A stretch of DNA of 33,374 nucleotides, taken from IMG/VR virus record IMGVR_UViG_3300032088_000039, positions 1 through 33,374 of that record; one strand, given 5' to 3'. The stretch is from a virus. Taxonomy: Duplodnaviria; Caudoviricetes. The position numbers were made by a program, and so were the translations under genes. A model generated the notes under the pieces. The model had not been told where the DNA came from. It made no database searches and saw nothing but the letters and a program-made list of their open reading frames with translations. Numbering within the stretch: the first letter of the stretch is position 1; every line of letters starts with the position of its first letter. Of the stretch, positions 1 through 10,893 are shown one piece after another.

Positions 1-1756
1 GTCTAATGTTTTAGACGTATTGGCATATAACACACACTTTAATGCACTAACTGCTAACTTTGCATTAAATGAGTCGTTCCTCTCGACTGCACAATTAAGA
101 TCATCTGTTGTATCCCATGCTGCTACACTGGGATATGAACCACGAAGCAGGACAGCTAGTCGGGCCGAGGTTACTCTCTCACTTAATCTAAACGGCGTTG
201 CAAATAGGCCCACGTCAGTTGTGCTTGGTGCCGGAACTACATTTACTGCTTCGGTCGGCGATGTCACATACACTTATCAAACGATCGAGGACTATGCGGC
301 TACTGATAACGGATTTGGTCTCTATCAGTTTTTAAGTAAAGTAGGTACAACTACTATTCCTATCTATGAAGGCACGCAGAAAACTAAGACATTTTATGTT
401 GGCGAAGTCGGTGAGCGACAATTGTATGTTATTCCGGATGACACAATTGACACATCAACTGCAGCGGTCAATGTGTTTGACGCACCAAATGGTACTGCAT
501 TTAATGCATATACACCTATTACATCGGCTGTTACAGTTACTGCAAAATCAAGATATTATGCAATGTCAGAAGCGCCTAATGGTTATTATGAACTTAACTT
601 TGGTGACGGCATATCGTTTGGTGCAGCGCCAGTTGCTGGTAACAAAATTGTTGTTTCATACCTCTCATGCCTAGGCGGAGAAGCAAACGGTGCGGTAACG
701 TTCACTGCTTCAAGTGGTGTGAACATAAATGGTAGCAGCTATCCTCTTGCTACAACAACAGTATCAAACTCTGCAATGGGCGCAGCAAAACAAAGTATTG
801 AATCTATTCGACAAAACGCGCCTATTGCCTTTGCGGCACAGCAACGGCTTGTTACTGCAGACGACTATCGTGCTACTATTCAAAGTAACTTCACGGCTGT
901 ATTAGACGCCATTGCATGGGGCGGAGAAGATAATACGCCGGCCGAATATGGTAAGGTTTTTGTTTCATTAGTATTTGCAGATAACACATCAGATGCTGCA
1001 AAGGTTGCTATTAAAGATAAGATCGTTGCTGATGTTACTGATAACCTATCAATTATATCGATCGACACAGAATTTGCAGATCCTACTACGACATTTCTAG
1101 AACTTGTTGTGACATTTAATTTTGATCCAAACCTCACCGGCGCGACTATTAAGTCTACTGAATCTGCAGTTACAGATACTGTAAACTCATATGTAAGCAC
1201 TAATTTAAAGAAGTTTGGCGGAGTATTTAGACGGTCAGAGCTTCTTGCCGAGATCGATGACATCAGTGCAGCTATCTTGAACTCACGTGTCTCAGTAGCG
1301 ATGCAGCAACGCTTTTTGCCTGCACTCAATACTATTACATCATATGATATATTCTTTCCAAATGAATTAGCTGCGCCAAGCGCTACACAGCATGTTGTCT
1401 CGACTTCAACCTTTCGATTTAATGGTAAAGTTTGTACAATCAAAAATAAATTGAATGGCACTAAACTGCAGATTATTAGTTCGACCGGCGAAATTGAAGT
1501 AGATAATATAGGATCGTTTGATAACTTGCAAGGTAAAGTTACTATTACAGGCTTTGCGCCTTCATCGATTACTGCAGGCGTTGACTTTCTTAAAGTGACA
1601 GCTCTACCATCTAATCAATCGACTGTTAGACCATTGCGAAGCTATATTCTTGATATTGACCAAGGCCCATCATTTGCATCAGGCGCAATTGATAGACAAC
1701 AGACTGATATTGCTCTTGGTTCGGGCGTAGGCGTAATTTCAACACTCGGTTCTTAA
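1..1756 (+). CDS. gp6: T4-like baseplate wedge subunit gp6 (5'-truncated by window edge)
   Basis: The frame is open from base 2 (SNVLDVLAYNTHFNALTANFALNESFLSTAQLRSSVVSHA), so the TTG at 20 is not the true start. Recognisable gp6 motifs: LAYNTH..ESFL..AQLRSSV, YELNFGDG, ESIRQNAP..QQRLVTADDY, AWGGED..YGKVFVS. Confidence 0.92.
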   Translation, partial: SNVLDVLAYNTHFNALTANFALNESFLSTAQLRSSVVSHAATLGYEPRSRTASRAEVTLSLNLNGVANRPTSVVLGAGTTFTASVGDVTYTYQTIEDYAATDNGFGLYQFLSKVGTTTIPIYEGTQKTKTFYVGEVGERQLYVIPDDTIDTSTAAVNVFDAPNGTAFNAYTPITSAVTVTAKSRYYAMSEAPNGYYELNFGDGISFGAAPVAGNKIVVSYLSCLGGEANGAVTFTASSGVNINGSSYPLATTTVSNSAMGAAKQSIESIRQNAPIAFAAQQRLVTADDYRATIQSNFTAVLDAIAWGGEDNTPAEYGKVFVSLVFADNTSDAAKVAIKDKIVADVTDNLSIISIDTEFADPTTTFLELVVTFNFDPNLTGATIKSTESAVTDTVNSYVSTNLKKFGGVFRRSELLAEIDDISAAILNSRVSVAMQQRFLPALNTITSYDIFFPNELAAPSATQHVVSTSTFRFNGKVCTIKNKLNGTKLQIISSTGEIEVDNIGSFDNLQGKVTITGFAPSSITAGVDFLKVTALPSNQSTVRPLRSYILDIDQGPSFASGAIDRQQTDIALGSGVGVISTLGS

Positions 1757-1757
1757 A

Positions 1758-2714
1758 ATGGCAAATGCACAAATAGATCTTAATCGCGTTGACGTTAATC
1801 TAAGAAAGTATCAGGTCAAATCAGTATTGCCTGAGCACTTTACTGATGATTATCCTATGTTGATATCTTTCCTTGAAGGATACTACAACAATGCCGAAGA
1901 AGACGATACATTATCAGTTATACGTGATCTTCAATCAGTATTTGATATTGAGCGAACCTCACTTGACAACTTAGAATATTTGTTTGGCATGATTGCTGAT
2001 GGTGCAAACAGTGGATACTTTTCAGATCCGCGTGAAGTGCTTCGCAACTTTGCCCAGTTTTATCGAGTTAAAGGTACAAAGTACTCGGCCGAAGGATTTT
2101 TCCGAGCTTTCTTTGCAGAAGACATACAGATCGAACACCCGAAAGATAACCTATTTATTGTAGGTGAATCACAAATTGGTACAGAATCATTACGTTTTAT
2201 CCAGAACGGTGCACTATATCAAATCTTCTCTGTTCTTATTAAGTCATCGATTCCTATCAGTGGCTGGCGAGAACTATATAAAAAGTTTGTGCACCCGGCT
2301 GGATTTTTTTTAGGTGGACAGGTTGTTCTTGAGCTACCGTCCACTAACTCTCTGCTTAATGCAATGCCAGAAAGTGTTCCGGCACCTCCGCCACCTTTAA
2401 CTATAGTTGGTGCTGCTACGCTTGCTGCGCCGTTTGGATTGAGCGAGCTTATAGGCAAATTGCCAGACGACGGAGATTCAGATTCGCGTATTGAATACAT
2501 TAGTCTTGCTGCAACTGCTGCTAAGTTTGCAGATATGCCGGCTGAAGTGTTTATGCTAAATTACGCGCGGATCGACAAAGCTATGCATGTCAACTCACCA
2601 AGAATGTCAGATGATACATATAGTGATGATCTTGCAAACCACGGTATTCGCATGAGCAACCATGTCGAGACTATGGATCAGAATACTTACACTCATGGTG
2701 CAGACTCTGGTTAA
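1758..2714 (+). CDS. gp7: gp7-like baseplate wedge protein (short form)
   Basis: Directly follows gp6. Motifs LPEHF..DYP..FLEGYY, FYRVKGTKYSAEGFFRAFF and WRELYKKFVHPAGF match the conserved N- and C-terminal blocks of T4-like gp7 wedge proteins. Confidence 0.7.
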   Translation: MANAQIDLNRVDVNLRKYQVKSVLPEHFTDDYPMLISFLEGYYNNAEEDDTLSVIRDLQSVFDIERTSLDNLEYLFGMIADGANSGYFSDPREVLRNFAQFYRVKGTKYSAEGFFRAFFAEDIQIEHPKDNLFIVGESQIGTESLRFIQNGALYQIFSVLIKSSIPISGWRELYKKFVHPAGFFLGGQVVLELPSTNSLLNAMPESVPAPPPPLTIVGAATLAAPFGLSELIGKLPDDGDSDSRIEYISLAATAAKFADMPAEVFMLNYARIDKAMHVNSPRMSDDTYSDDLANHGIRMSNHVETMDQNTYTHGADSG

Positions 2715-2720
2715 AAACAC

Positions 2721-2728
2721 TATAAATA
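2721..2728 (+). promoter_or_regulatory. T4-type late promoter (gp55-dependent) TATAAATA
   Basis: Exact TATAAATA in the gap between gp7 and the next gene, followed by a GAGGA Shine-Dalgarno and ATG at 2757. Confidence 0.85.
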
Positions 2729-2756
2729 CAGATAACTTATTTAAGAGGACAATTGA

Positions 2757-3743
2757 ATGGCTCGTCAGAATATAGGTGTTGGCGCCTCAGCAAATGATGG
2801 CACTGGCGATACACTGAGAGATACTGGTACGAAGATCAATGCAAACTTTGTTGAGCTGTATCAAAAGCTTGGCGGAGACAGCAGCTCATTGTCCGGACAA
2901 ATTTCTGTAACAAATTCAGGCCTACAGTTTGAAGGCTCTGCTGCAGACGACTTTGAAACAGCTCTTGTTGTAGAAAATCCTACAGCAGATCGTACTGCTA
3001 CATTGCCTAATGCGACCGGAATAATTATATTAGATACTGCAACGCAGACACTTACAAATAAAACACTTACAACCCCTCTGCTGACGACACCTAAAATTAA
3101 TGACCTGTCGTCAGATCACACATATAATGTTGTGGCCGGTGAGCTTGTAGCAAACCGCAATATCACGCTGCCAGTGCTTGCGAGTGACGACACATTTGTA
3201 TTTGCAACTGTTGCACAAACGTTAACAAACAAAACTTTAACATCGTCTACACTGACAGAACCTAGAATTCAAATTGCAATTAACGATGCTAACGGAGCAG
3301 AGATTTTTGGTATTACGCCAGTAGCTAGTGCGGTCAATCATATCAACGTGTCTAATGCGGCGACTGGCAGCAATCCGGCGCTTTCTGCTCATGGTACTGA
3401 CACTAATTTTAATATTGATATTAAAGGTAAGGGAACTGGTTCAGTCTCAATAGACAAAGTTGCGTATGGATCTAATACACAGACTGCGGCAGGTGCGGCC
3501 GATCCAACGTCTACATATATAATAGTAAACAGTGGCAGCGCTATAGCGATATCTGTAGCCGACGGAACTACGATAGGCGAATATAAGATCTTTACAAACA
3601 AAGGTGCAGGTGCTGCTACAGTGACACCTAATAACTTTGCACAAGGAACATCGGTTGCATTAGACCAACACGATACATCAACACTCATATGGGACGGAAC
3701 CAATTGGAATCTGCTTGCCCAGCATGGCGCGACAATAGCGTAA
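2757..3743 (+). CDS. Baseplate/fibre-connector protein with T4 gp9/gp10-type N-terminal domain
   Basis: N-terminus MARQNIGVGASANDGTGDTLRDTGTKINANFVELY is the gp9/gp10-family N-terminal motif. It also has two QTLTNKTLT fibre repeats and a C-terminal LIWDGTNW beta-domain typical of phage fibres. Confidence 0.72.
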   Translation: MARQNIGVGASANDGTGDTLRDTGTKINANFVELYQKLGGDSSSLSGQISVTNSGLQFEGSAADDFETALVVENPTADRTATLPNATGIIILDTATQTLTNKTLTTPLLTTPKINDLSSDHTYNVVAGELVANRNITLPVLASDDTFVFATVAQTLTNKTLTSSTLTEPRIQIAINDANGAEIFGITPVASAVNHINVSNAATGSNPALSAHGTDTNFNIDIKGKGTGSVSIDKVAYGSNTQTAAGAADPTSTYIIVNSGSAIAISVADGTTIGEYKIFTNKGAGAATVTPNNFAQGTSVALDQHDTSTLIWDGTNWNLLAQHGATIA

Positions 3744-3755
3744 TAGGAACAGACA

Positions 3756-5132
3756 ATGGTTGCAATTATTACAGATGCATTTAAAAGACAAGTATTAGAT
3801 AATATCTTTACTAGCGTCAAAGACTCGGACGCGTCATACTATATTGGTATAGGCCGCAGTGAACAATGGGATAGTAGCGACAATGCAGTTACGCCAACCA
3901 ATACGTTAAAAGACGTGCGTGATTTTAGAAATTCAATGCAGGCGATGAAGTCTGGCGAAGATGTTTCATATGTTATTCCACGAAATAACTGGTCATCAGG
4001 TACAATTTATGCTGGTTATGACGACTATGTAGCAGGTTATCCTACTAACGCCTATTATGTTCTTACTGACGAAAACGCTGTTTACATTTGTCTGCAACAA
4101 GGCCGTGATGCGGCAGGTAATGCTGTTACATCGACAACAAAGCCAAACGGCACTACAGTCGATCCGCTTAAAACGCCGGACGGATATGTATGGAAATATC
4201 TCTATACGATCGGCGCGCTGAGAGCTACCAAGTTTGTTTCATCAAACTACATGCCAGTTGAACTTGTAGGAACAACAGACTCAAACTCTTCGGCTCTTGA
4301 GATCGAACAAAAAGGTATCCAGAACGGTGCAATTGCAGGTGAGATCATTGGCGTAAAAATAGTATCGCCAGGTTCAGGTTACACTTCTGCGCCTACTGTT
4401 TCGTTCACAGGTAACGGTGTAAAACAGGCAGCGGCCACTGCAACAATATCAGGCGGTGCAATTGTAAAAGTTGAGATGAACGATTCTGGCGCTGGCAAAG
4501 CTTTTGGCCGCGGTTATAAATATGGTGCAGCAACATTATCTGGTGGCGGTGGATCCGGCGCGGAGGTTAGAGTTGTTTTAGCTCCGCCCGCCGGCATTGG
4601 CGGCGATCCAAGGGATGATTTGCGGTCAACCGCTCTTATGTTTAATACACAATTGACCGGTGATGAAACAAACTCAGTAATTACAGGTAACGATTACAGG
4701 CAAATTGCACTCATTCGAGATCCTAAAGTTGGTCCACTGTCGACTGATTCTGACTGGGAACAATCGTCAGCAAACGTTTTAAATAGATTGCACTTCGGTT
4801 CTATTAGTGCTAACTTTTCGGCCGATAAAATTTTGGTAGGTGCAACTTCGGCTGCAAGCGCATATGTAGACAAAGCCGACTCAAGCTATGTCTGGTATCA
4901 CCAGACAGAAACAACTGGATTCACGCCGTTTTTAGAAGGCGAAACAGTAACTGAAGCCGACGGCAACGGCAACGGCATCCTTGATGCTGACGGCATAGAT
5001 GGTGACGATTATGCATATACATTGCCAACTGTTAATAATATGTCAGGTTCTATCTTGTACTTAGATAATAGGGCTGCGATCACACGATCAGTTGACCAAA
5101 CCGAAGACGTAAAAATCATTATTCAACTCTGA
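3756..5132 (+). CDS. gp8: Baseplate wedge subunit gp8
   Basis: Motifs YIGIGRSEQW, VIPRNNWSSGTIY, YYVLTDENAVYICL, PDGYVWKYLYTI, YRQIALIRDP and C-terminal ILYLDNRAAITRSVDQTEDVKIII are characteristic of T4-like gp8. Confidence 0.88.
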   Translation: MVAIITDAFKRQVLDNIFTSVKDSDASYYIGIGRSEQWDSSDNAVTPTNTLKDVRDFRNSMQAMKSGEDVSYVIPRNNWSSGTIYAGYDDYVAGYPTNAYYVLTDENAVYICLQQGRDAAGNAVTSTTKPNGTTVDPLKTPDGYVWKYLYTIGALRATKFVSSNYMPVELVGTTDSNSSALEIEQKGIQNGAIAGEIIGVKIVSPGSGYTSAPTVSFTGNGVKQAAATATISGGAIVKVEMNDSGAGKAFGRGYKYGAATLSGGGGSGAEVRVVLAPPAGIGGDPRDDLRSTALMFNTQLTGDETNSVITGNDYRQIALIRDPKVGPLSTDSDWEQSSANVLNRLHFGSISANFSADKILVGATSAASAYVDKADSSYVWYHQTETTGFTPFLEGETVTEADGNGNGILDADGIDGDDYAYTLPTVNNMSGSILYLDNRAAITRSVDQTEDVKIIIQL

Positions 5133-5144
5133 GAGCAGAACTAG

Positions 5145-8100
5145 ATGTCAGTAAAATACACAAACACGCTTTTCGCTACGACGTACAAAGACGATTTTAA
5201 AGATAGTGACCACTATCATCGAGTCCTTTTTAACTCTGGCAAATCGCTTCAAGCACGAGAGTTGACGCAATCTCAAACTATTATTCAGCGCGAGATCGAA
5301 CGCTTTGGCCGTAACATATTTAAAGAGGGCGCATCAGTTAATCCTGGCGGCCTAACTATTAATACTCGGTATGAGTTTATTAAACTCGACACCACCACAA
5401 ACGCGCTGCCTGCAGATACACAACCTATGGTCGGAGATGAGTTTACTGGTCAGACATCGTCAGTAAAATTTAAAGTCCTTGAAGTTATTGCTGCAACTGC
5501 GTCTGATCCTGCAACACTTTACGTCAATTATACAAATACGTTAAGCGCAACTGCTACGGCTGATCCTATACGCATGAGCCCAGGCGAAAACCTGATTGGC
5601 GGATCATCTGGTGTTACAGTTACGGCCCAGACAACAAACACAGTTGCTAACCCTGCTGTTGGCCAAGGTTGTAAGATTTCGGTGCGTGGCGGGGATTATT
5701 TTACGCAAGGGCATTTTGTATTTGCGGCAAAGCAAGAAATGTTGCTGTCAAAATATACATCAACACCAAGCGCTATTGTAGGATTTATTGTATCACAAGA
5801 TATTGTAGGCTCTGGTGACTTTGAAGCCTTGTTTGATAACCAGGGTGCAACACCCAACAGGTCTGCTCCAGGTGCAGATCGTTATCGGATTCGTCTACAA
5901 CTTACAACTCAAGACTTAGTCGACTCTGACGAGAACTTCCTATTCTTCTGTAAAGTAGTTGATGGCATAGTAGTCGAAACAGTCACAGGCAACAAAAGCT
6001 ACAATATACTTGAAGACAGACTTGCAAGGCGCACTCGCGAAATAACTGGCGACTTTATTGCCAAGCCTTTTAAAATAAAATATGTGCCGCACGCAGCCGA
6101 CGATACAAAGCTCAAACTTACAGTAAGTCCTGGCATAGCCTATGTTCAAGGATATCGTGTTGAGTTATCTACGCCTAAACAGTTTGATGTAAATAAATCT
6201 CGTGAAACTATTTCGGTTAATAACGATGTTGTGGCTGCTACATATGGCAATTACATTGTTGTAGATAACTTAGTTGGTACGCCGAACGTCAATGTGTTTC
6301 AACAAAGAAACTTGCGGTCAGCCGTCACTCATGGTGGCAGCACTATTGGTACATGCCGAATTAGGGCTATTGAGAAAGACGGAGCCAATTTTAGGTTGTA
6401 TCTTTTTGAAATTAAGATGAATGCTGGCCAGTCTTTCCGCGACGTTAAATCTATTGGCGGTTCGATCATCGATTATGCTGATCTACTACTTGAAAACAGT
6501 AAAGCAGTGTTAAAAGAAGTAAGTGATAATAATCTGCTGTTTTCTCTTCCGACAGAGCGGCCAAAGCTTATATCAGACATTTCGCTTGAAGTACAGCGTA
6601 AATTTAATGCTACGCTCGATCCGTCGGGCAACGCATCACTTACACTTACTGCATCAGGAGAAACATTTGCAAATACCAGTGACTGGATTTTGTCGGTTGA
6701 CTCAGACGGTGATATCATATCACCTACACTCAGTGGAGCTGGAACACAGTCTGCCACTATCTCAGGTGGTCCGACATCAACAAACGTCGAAGTAATTGCA
6801 AAGGTTAATAAGTCAGCCGGCGCGGTCAGAACTAAAACTCTAGTAGAAACTACGCTTAGCGCGGCTATTGAATCAGATGGCCTTGGCAATGACTATATTG
6901 ATCTTGATAAACCAGATTTGTATTCTGTTGTTCGGTTAACAGATTCAGACTCAAACGGTGCGAGCCTATATAATCGATTTATTATCGATAATGGCCAGCG
7001 CGATAATTTCTACGCTCCGGCGCGCCTTAATCTTAAAGGTGGCGTGACTAAACCTGCAGGCAACGTGTTTGTACGATTTAAATATTTTACGCACGGTGCG
7101 TCTGGCGATTTCTTTGCAGTTAACTCATATCAGGGTCAAGTTAATTACGAAGATATTCCATCACATACAAAGAACGACGGTTCTGTTGTACAACTGCGTA
7201 ACGTCCTTGATTTCCGTCCTCGTAAAACAGATCGAGACTCTGACTTTACATCTGCTACTGCTCGTATCAACGAACTGCCAGATAACACAGATCTAATCAC
7301 GTTTGATACAGAATATTATTTGCCACGGTTCGATAAAATCATCGCGACACCAGAAGGTGAAATTACTGCGATCGAAGGTAAATCTGCTTTGACACCTAAA
7401 TATCCTGAGACGCCAAACAATGGTTTAGAATTTTATCGTGTCAAAATGAATCCGTATACCATCGGCGCTACTGATATGTCAGTCACACCTATCGAAACTA
7501 AAAAATACACAATGAGTGACATTGGTAAGCTTGAACAAAGAATAGATCAAGTCGAAGAAATGGCTACGCTTTCGTTGCTTGAGCTTGATCTTAAAAACTT
7601 ATTAGTATTTGATTCGACTGGCACAGATAGAACTAAGGCTGGTTTCCTAGTAGATAACTTCTCAGACCAGCTGGCGTCAGATACTCGTAACGTAGAATAC
7701 CGCGCATCGATTGATCCACGGGACAAAATCCTACGTCCGTCGTTTATTGAAAACAGTGTATTGCTCAAGTATGATTCAAATGCTTCTTCTAATGTTATTA
7801 AAAAAGGCGATAACATTTATATCAAGCACACCGAGCAAGAATACATTACGCAGCCACAAGCCTCTGGTACAATTAACATTAACCCGTTTTCTGCTATTAC
7901 AAATCTAGGCAATGTAACGCTTTCGCCGGCATCTGATAACTGGCGTGAGACAGTACGTGGCGCAGATCGTATTATCGATGGCGGTAATCGCCTTGATACT
8001 ACGCAATCTCAGCTGTGGAATAATTGGGAGTGGAACTGGGGTGGAACAGACGCAAACAACTTGAGCATTGGTCAGGTTGTTAATCAATCTACTTCTTCGC

Positions 8101-10283
8101 TACAAGTTAACTTTACTCGCCGCGGCGGTGCAGGCCAAGCCTGGAATATGGCCGAAAGTGGTACTGAGACGCAAACAACGACCGCTGTTTCCCGTGTCGT
8201 ATTAAGTGAAACTATTCGTGAAATTGTTGGTGATCGTGTAGTCGATGTTGCGCTTGTACCATTTATGCGTTCACAACGAGTATTCTTTAAAGCAGAAGGT
8301 CTTAAGCCAAACAGCCGCATGTTTGCTTTCTTTGACGACACAGATGTGTCTGATTGGGTACGTGACGAAGGTGGTGTATTTACTCGCGTATCAGACGCCA
8401 ATATAGATTATGGCACTCGCTATAATTCTGCTACGCAACATCCAGAAGGTCCATCGTCTTTGTTTACTGATGGTGAAGGAAAAATGACTGGTTCGTTCTT
8501 CATACCAAACACTGATGCGATTAAGTTTAGATCTGGAACGCGTGAGCTTAAACTTCTTGATATTACTTCGTCAGAAGAAGATTTTGCAACATCTGTTGGT
8601 ATCGCGTTGTTTACTGCTCAGGGCGTTATCGAGACAATGCAGCGCGATGTGCGATCTACTCGCCTACTTAACGTTCAGACCGAAGAATCAATGATATCAT
8701 CTAACCGCATTGTTACGCGGCGTTGGAGATGGGCAGATCCAGTTGCTGAATCTTTCCAGATCACAGAAACTGATGGTGTCTTTATTACAAAAATTGATGC
8801 ATACTTCAAAACAAAAGATCCATCTGTACCGGTGCAATGTCAGCTAAGGCCAATGGTCAATGGCTCGCCTGCGTCAGACAGCATTATCCCTGGATCATCA
8901 GTGTTCCTTTCACCAGCCAGCGTTAACATATCTGATGATGCATCAGCCGCAACAACGTTTACTTTTGAAGAACCAATATTCCTGAATCCATATACAGAAT
9001 ATGCGCTAGTGTTCTTGGCCGAGTCTGTAAACTATAATATGTTTGTTGCTGAAACTGGTGAGTTTATTCTTGGCTCTACAGAGCGACGTATTACATCTCA
9101 GCCGTATCTTGGTTCGTTCTTTAAATCTCAGAACGCATCGACATGGGAACCAGATCAAACAATGGATCTTATGTTTAAAATCCATCGCGCCGTGTTTAGC
9201 ACATCACCTGCGTATGCTACGCTAGAAAACACAGGCACTGTACGGAATCAATTACCTGAATTTCCGGTAGAGGTCAATTCAACCGATAATAAAGCGATTG
9301 TTACGCATCCTGGTCACGGATTTAGTGTTGGCGATCAGGCCGAATTGTTTGGCTTTGACAGTGCACTTAAATATGGCGGTATACTTGGTTCAGACATTAT
9401 GGGCCCTCGTACTATTACTGCGCGAGACGCAAACACATATACATTTGCAATGGACTCTAACGGACAAAGAGATGCTGCAGTCGGCGGTACGGCTATTACG
9501 GCTAAATCACAGGTTCCTTTTGAGACAGTTATTCCTCAAATCGAAAACATTATCCCGTCTTCAACTAATATCGCACTGTCAGGTAAATTTACGTCTGGCA
9601 AGTCAATTGCAGGTGAAGAAGCGCCGTTTGTTAAAGATGCGGCTTTCCAGACATTAGCTATTAAGCAAAACAATTTCTTTAACTCACCAAGGATCATTGC
9701 TACAGAGGCAAATGAAGTTTCTAATCTTGCATCAGGCACTAAGTCTGCGACTATCAAAATTGATATGGTTACAACAGAACCACGGGTGTCACCAATTATT
9801 GATATGCAGCGAACTTCATTGTGGGCAATTCATAATGTCATTGACAATCAAGTCGATAGTGCTGGTGCAGATACTGTTACAACAAACCTGCCAACCGTAT
9901 TTACTCCAGAAACTACGGCGACAGGCGGAAGCTCTGTTGCTAAGCACATTACACGGCCTATTACTCTTGCTAACGATGCTGTTGGCCTTAAGGTCTTGTT
10001 GGCAGCCAACCGACCTTCGGTTGCAGACTTCCAAGTATATTACAAAGCCATTGGTGATGACATCTTATTTAATGAAACACCATGGACCGAAGTTGTTCGA
10101 TTAGCGTCACCCCCGACAGATGAAAATCCGCTGGTGTATCGCGACTATGAATATTTGGTTGGTGGTAAAGACGGACTTGCTTCGCCCTTTACTAAGTTTG
10201 CAATTAAGATTGTTATGACATCTTCTAACAATGCTAAGGTGCCAACATTTAAAGACTTGAGAGTCATAGCATTGGCGATATAA
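5145..10283 (+). CDS. Large virion structural protein, VrlC/DUF4815-like
   Basis: N-terminal YKDDF..YHRVLFNSGKSLQARELTQSQ, APGADRYRIRL, KYTMSDIGKLEQRI..EEMATLSLLE, GFLVDNF, PFMRSQ, DPVAESF, GSFFKSQNASTW and C-terminal FAIKIVM..VPTFKDLRVIALA. This family follows gp8 in marine T4-like phages. Confidence 0.8.
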   Translation: MSVKYTNTLFATTYKDDFKDSDHYHRVLFNSGKSLQARELTQSQTIIQREIERFGRNIFKEGASVNPGGLTINTRYEFIKLDTTTNALPADTQPMVGDEFTGQTSSVKFKVLEVIAATASDPATLYVNYTNTLSATATADPIRMSPGENLIGGSSGVTVTAQTTNTVANPAVGQGCKISVRGGDYFTQGHFVFAAKQEMLLSKYTSTPSAIVGFIVSQDIVGSGDFEALFDNQGATPNRSAPGADRYRIRLQLTTQDLVDSDENFLFFCKVVDGIVVETVTGNKSYNILEDRLARRTREITGDFIAKPFKIKYVPHAADDTKLKLTVSPGIAYVQGYRVELSTPKQFDVNKSRETISVNNDVVAATYGNYIVVDNLVGTPNVNVFQQRNLRSAVTHGGSTIGTCRIRAIEKDGANFRLYLFEIKMNAGQSFRDVKSIGGSIIDYADLLLENSKAVLKEVSDNNLLFSLPTERPKLISDISLEVQRKFNATLDPSGNASLTLTASGETFANTSDWILSVDSDGDIISPTLSGAGTQSATISGGPTSTNVEVIAKVNKSAGAVRTKTLVETTLSAAIESDGLGNDYIDLDKPDLYSVVRLTDSDSNGASLYNRFIIDNGQRDNFYAPARLNLKGGVTKPAGNVFVRFKYFTHGASGDFFAVNSYQGQVNYEDIPSHTKNDGSVVQLRNVLDFRPRKTDRDSDFTSATARINELPDNTDLITFDTEYYLPRFDKIIATPEGEITAIEGKSALTPKYPETPNNGLEFYRVKMNPYTIGATDMSVTPIETKKYTMSDIGKLEQRIDQVEEMATLSLLELDLKNLLVFDSTGTDRTKAGFLVDNFSDQLASDTRNVEYRASIDPRDKILRPSFIENSVLLKYDSNASSNVIKKGDNIYIKHTEQEYITQPQASGTININPFSAITNLGNVTLSPASDNWRETVRGADRIIDGGNRLDTTQSQLWNNWEWNWGGTDANNLSIGQVVNQSTSSLQVNFTRRGGAGQAWNMAESGTETQTTTAVSRVVLSETIREIVGDRVVDVALVPFMRSQRVFFKAEGLKPNSRMFAFFDDTDVSDWVRDEGGVFTRVSDANIDYGTRYNSATQHPEGPSSLFTDGEGKMTGSFFIPNTDAIKFRSGTRELKLLDITSSEEDFATSVGIALFTAQGVIETMQRDVRSTRLLNVQTEESMISSNRIVTRRWRWADPVAESFQITETDGVFITKIDAYFKTKDPSVPVQCQLRPMVNGSPASDSIIPGSSVFLSPASVNISDDASAATTFTFEEPIFLNPYTEYALVFLAESVNYNMFVAETGEFILGSTERRITSQPYLGSFFKSQNASTWEPDQTMDLMFKIHRAVFSTSPAYATLENTGTVRNQLPEFPVEVNSTDNKAIVTHPGHGFSVGDQAELFGFDSALKYGGILGSDIMGPRTITARDANTYTFAMDSNGQRDAAVGGTAITAKSQVPFETVIPQIENIIPSSTNIALSGKFTSGKSIAGEEAPFVKDAAFQTLAIKQNNFFNSPRIIATEANEVSNLASGTKSATIKIDMVTTEPRVSPIIDMQRTSLWAIHNVIDNQVDSAGADTVTTNLPTVFTPETTATGGSSVAKHITRPITLANDAVGLKVLLAANRPSVADFQVYYKAIGDDILFNETPWTEVVRLASPPTDENPLVYRDYEYLVGGKDGLASPFTKFAIKIVMTSSNNAKVPTFKDLRVIALAI

Positions 10284-10504
10284 TGAGATATGTGACTGTT
10301 GATAACACGCCTGGTTTAGTTAAGGATCGAAACACTGGAGCAGTGATAAATACTAATAAATCTGAAATAGAAGAAGCTCGCGAAAGAAAGCGGCTTCGAC
10401 TAGCCGGAAAAAAAGAAATAGAAAATCTTAAAGATGATGTTGGTCATCTCAAGCAGGATATGGCAGATATAAAGACACTGCTGCAACAATTGGTGGATAA
10501 GTAA
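10283..10504 (+). CDS. Small conserved phage protein with C-terminal coiled coil
   Basis: TAATG stop/start overlap with the upstream gene. GLVKDRNTGAVINTN plus heptad tail EIENLKDDVGHLKQDMADIKTLLQQL is a pattern I recognise downstream of VrlC-like genes in T4-like phages. Confidence 0.7.
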   Translation: MRYVTVDNTPGLVKDRNTGAVINTNKSEIEEARERKRLRLAGKKEIENLKDDVGHLKQDMADIKTLLQQLVDK

Positions 10505-10891
10505 ATGGCAGTAACAAATGTCGATCTCAATGACTTAATTAGTACATGGCGCAATAAAACTAATACCATTAGTCAACATGTCGGTGATGTAACGGCTCTT
10601 ACTACAGACGTTAAATCAGATACTGTTGGAGCCATTAATGAATTAGAAACACAGGCAAATAATTTTCAGGTACAGCTAGACAATTTTGACGCTGGCACTG
10701 ATTCTGCTACGGTTCTGGCGATTGCACAAGCCGCGGCTATTGATGGTGGCAACCTAGTTGATTTAACAGTTACTAATGGCAAAATTGCAAATGGCACAAT
10801 ACAATTTGGTAAATTCAACAACGTTCAAACATTGTCACTTATAGACTCGGCTGGCGTAACAGTAAAGACGATATACGGCGCAGGAGCCTAA
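10505..10891 (+). CDS. Small putative virion/fibre-associated protein
   Basis: Abuts the upstream stop. Contains fibre-type motifs DLISTWRNKTN and GDVTALTTDVKSDTVGAINEL. Confidence 0.6.
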   Translation: MAVTNVDLNDLISTWRNKTNTISQHVGDVTALTTDVKSDTVGAINELETQANNFQVQLDNFDAGTDSATVLAIAQAAAIDGGNLVDLTVTNGKIANGTIQFGKFNNVQTLSLIDSAGVTVKTIYGAGA

Positions 10892-10893
10892 TT

